A stretch of 32,000 nt of DNA, taken from contig NC_021219.1 of the NCBI RefSeq assembly GCF_000392435.1, positions 600,001 through 632,000 on the forward strand. The letters are read 5' to 3'. Of this stretch, positions 30,742 through 32,000 are shown piece after piece. The stretch comes from Candidatus Saccharimonas aalborgensis. Its GTDB lineage: Bacteria > Patescibacteriota > Saccharimonadia > Saccharimonadales > Saccharimonadaceae. The translations under genes were made by a program, and so were the position numbers. The notes below the pieces were generated by a model. That model was not told the DNA's origin. It saw only the letters and a program-made list of their open reading frames with translations, and made no database searches. How positions within the stretch are numbered: position 1 is the stretch's first letter; every line of letters starts with the position of its first letter.

Positions 30742-30770
30742 TTGCATTTCGTAAAAAATTGTGCTATACT
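30742..30770 (+). promoter_or_regulatory. RNase J gene promoter
   Basis: TTGCAT (30742-30747), 17-nt spacer ending in TGc, TATACT (30765-30770). A ~100-nt leader follows, with AAGGAG at 30858-30863. Confidence 0.5.
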
Positions 30771-30875
30771 GCAGGATAATTGTCAGAGGGGTAGCTCGTC
30801 TTATCGTCGATACCAACCTCTCACACCTCATTTTGAAATTATTTTATACACAATAACAAGGAGAACAAATAATTT

Positions 30876-32000
30876 ATGGGTCAACGACGACTCTCAAAAC
30901 CGCAGGCAGACGATGCCAGCAAGCGGCCAATGGTTGCTAAACAGAAATCAAATAATACAGTGCTCAACGCCACAACCACCCGCAAGGGCGAGGTGTTTCG
31001 GGCCCAACGACGTACCAGTGACAATGTCAATATGCAGGCGAGCCAGCATATGATCAATGTACCGGTCAACAAATCTATTTATAACGGCTATGGCGGCAAG
31101 CAATTTAGCCTTGTCGACCAGCCAAAACGGCCGCGGGCGCCCCGCCCAACCCTCAAGATCATCCCAATCGGTGGTGTTGGCGAGATGGGTATCGGCAAAA
31201 ACATGACGGCCATTGAGTTCGACAATGATATCATCATTATCGACATGGGCTTTCTGTTTCCGGGTGCTGATTATCCGGGAATCAACTATATTACCCCAGA
31301 TATCACGTGGCTTGAGGAGAACAAACATCGTATTCGTGGCCACGTGTTCACTCATGGACACCTCGATCACATCGGGGCGTTCCGCCACTTGGTGCCAAAG
31401 ATTCCAGCGCCAGTGTATGCCAGCAAGTTTACCCTTGGTATGCTACAGCGTACGATGGAGGAAACGGATGGGGCGTATACGCCTGATTATCGTGAGCTCA
31501 ACCCAGAAGCGCACGATATCGTACAAATCTGTGATTCATTTAGTATCGAACTAGTTCGCGTCAATCACTCGATTCCAGATGCGACTGCTGTGGTGGTGCG
31601 TACGCCTGTCGGAAACATTTTATCGAGTGGCGACTGGCGCATCGAGGAAAACCCGGTTGACGGAAAGAAGTTTGATCTACCTCGGCTGAGCGAAATCCAA
31701 CAAAAAGAAGGCTTTTTGGTTTTTCTGAATGAATCAACCAACTGTGAGAGTGATGGCACACATACCCACGGTGAATTTGATATCCAACACAGCATGGGTG
31801 AGGTGATGGAGAAATGGCCCAATAGCCGCGTCATTATTTCGAGTTTCTCAAGTCAGTTACATCGTATGCAAATGATTCTGGAAGAAGCGCAGCGCCATGG
31901 TCGCAAAGTCGCTTTTGCTGGCTATAGCATGATCCAAAACCTCGAAGTTGCCCTGCGCACTGGCGCAATCAAGGTCCCCAAAGATACTGTCGTAAAGATG
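30876..32000 (+). CDS. rnj: ribonuclease J (metallo-beta-lactamase / beta-CASP), 3'-truncated by the window edge
   Basis: Not in the ORF track because no stop is reached. I translated 375 codons without a stop. LKIIPIGGVGEMGIGKNM, HVFTHGHLDHIGA (HxHxDH), SSGDWRIEENPVDG. A ~85-aa basic N-terminal extension precedes the catalytic core. Confidence 0.9.
   Translation, partial: MGQRRLSKPQADDASKRPMVAKQKSNNTVLNATTTRKGEVFRAQRRTSDNVNMQASQHMINVPVNKSIYNGYGGKQFSLVDQPKRPRAPRPTLKIIPIGGVGEMGIGKNMTAIEFDNDIIIIDMGFLFPGADYPGINYITPDITWLEENKHRIRGHVFTHGHLDHIGAFRHLVPKIPAPVYASKFTLGMLQRTMEETDGAYTPDYRELNPEAHDIVQICDSFSIELVRVNHSIPDATAVVVRTPVGNILSSGDWRIEENPVDGKKFDLPRLSEIQQKEGFLVFLNESTNCESDGTHTHGEFDIQHSMGEVMEKWPNSRVIISSFSSQLHRMQMILEEAQRHGRKVAFAGYSMIQNLEVALRTGAIKVPKDTVVKM

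Noticed and set aside
30742-31554. ORFs 30742..31053 (+), 31213..31554 (+) and 30948..31388 (-)
   Set aside because: All overlap the open RNase J frame (30876 to the window edge), which carries the HxHxDH and beta-CASP motifs. These are off-frame or antisense artefacts.
1-32000. Alternative genetic code (UGA recoding as in some CPR lineages)
   Set aside because: TGA terminates well-supported genes at their expected ends (IS30 transposase at 22122-22124, the LamG gene at 3261-3263). No conserved protein has in-frame TGA codons.
1-32000. tRNA, rRNA, CRISPR arrays, integrase or att sites
   Set aside because: I inspected all intergenic regions longer than 40 bp by eye. I found no cloverleaf-compatible sequence, no rRNA-like segment and no regularly spaced repeats. 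The only recombinase is the IS30 transposase. Covariance-model scans could still find small RNAs I cannot see.

Overview
32-kb bacterial chromosomal window using the standard genetic code (TGA, TAG and TAA all end well-supported genes). It is about 90% coding and almost entirely on the + strand. There are three blocks. (1) 1-12.0 kb is an uninterrupted run of signal-peptide surface-protein genes. It holds two paralogous DUF916/DUF3324-like (CscA-like) membrane-anchored beta-sandwich proteins, an Ig-like membrane protein, a LamG-domain protein and a 799-aa repeat protein. It also holds two tail-fibre-like adhesin genes that share a 444-bp, 100% identical N-terminal cassette. The first adhesin gene is frameshifted exactly at the cassette boundary; the second carries a 7-blade LVIVD propeller. 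(2) 12-20.9 kb and 25-32 kb are housekeeping genes: alpha/beta hydrolase, mutM, holA, rpsT, a degenerate DHH-like protein, truB, rpsO, ITPase, pnp, family-4 UDG, and RNase J running off the 3' edge. (3) Two accessory islets split the normally contiguous truB-rpsO-pnp backbone. One, between truB and rpsO, encodes a voltage-sensor-only membrane protein and a His/Cys-dyad (clan-CD / DUF4347 / CHAT-like) protein. The other, before pnp, holds a decayed low-coding stretch, an intact 1057-bp IS30-family element (27-bp imperfect IRs, TAT target duplication) and a 523-aa acidic orphan gene. Many genes have a -10 box 6-9 nt upstream of the start codon and no Shine-Dalgarno sequence (leaderless-type). 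I saw no tRNA, rRNA, CRISPR array or reverse transcriptase. Gene content and surface-protein style suggest a small-genome, Gram-positive-type Patescibacteria/Saccharibacteria-like organism; this is inference only. All family assignments were made by eye from motifs; no database search was run.
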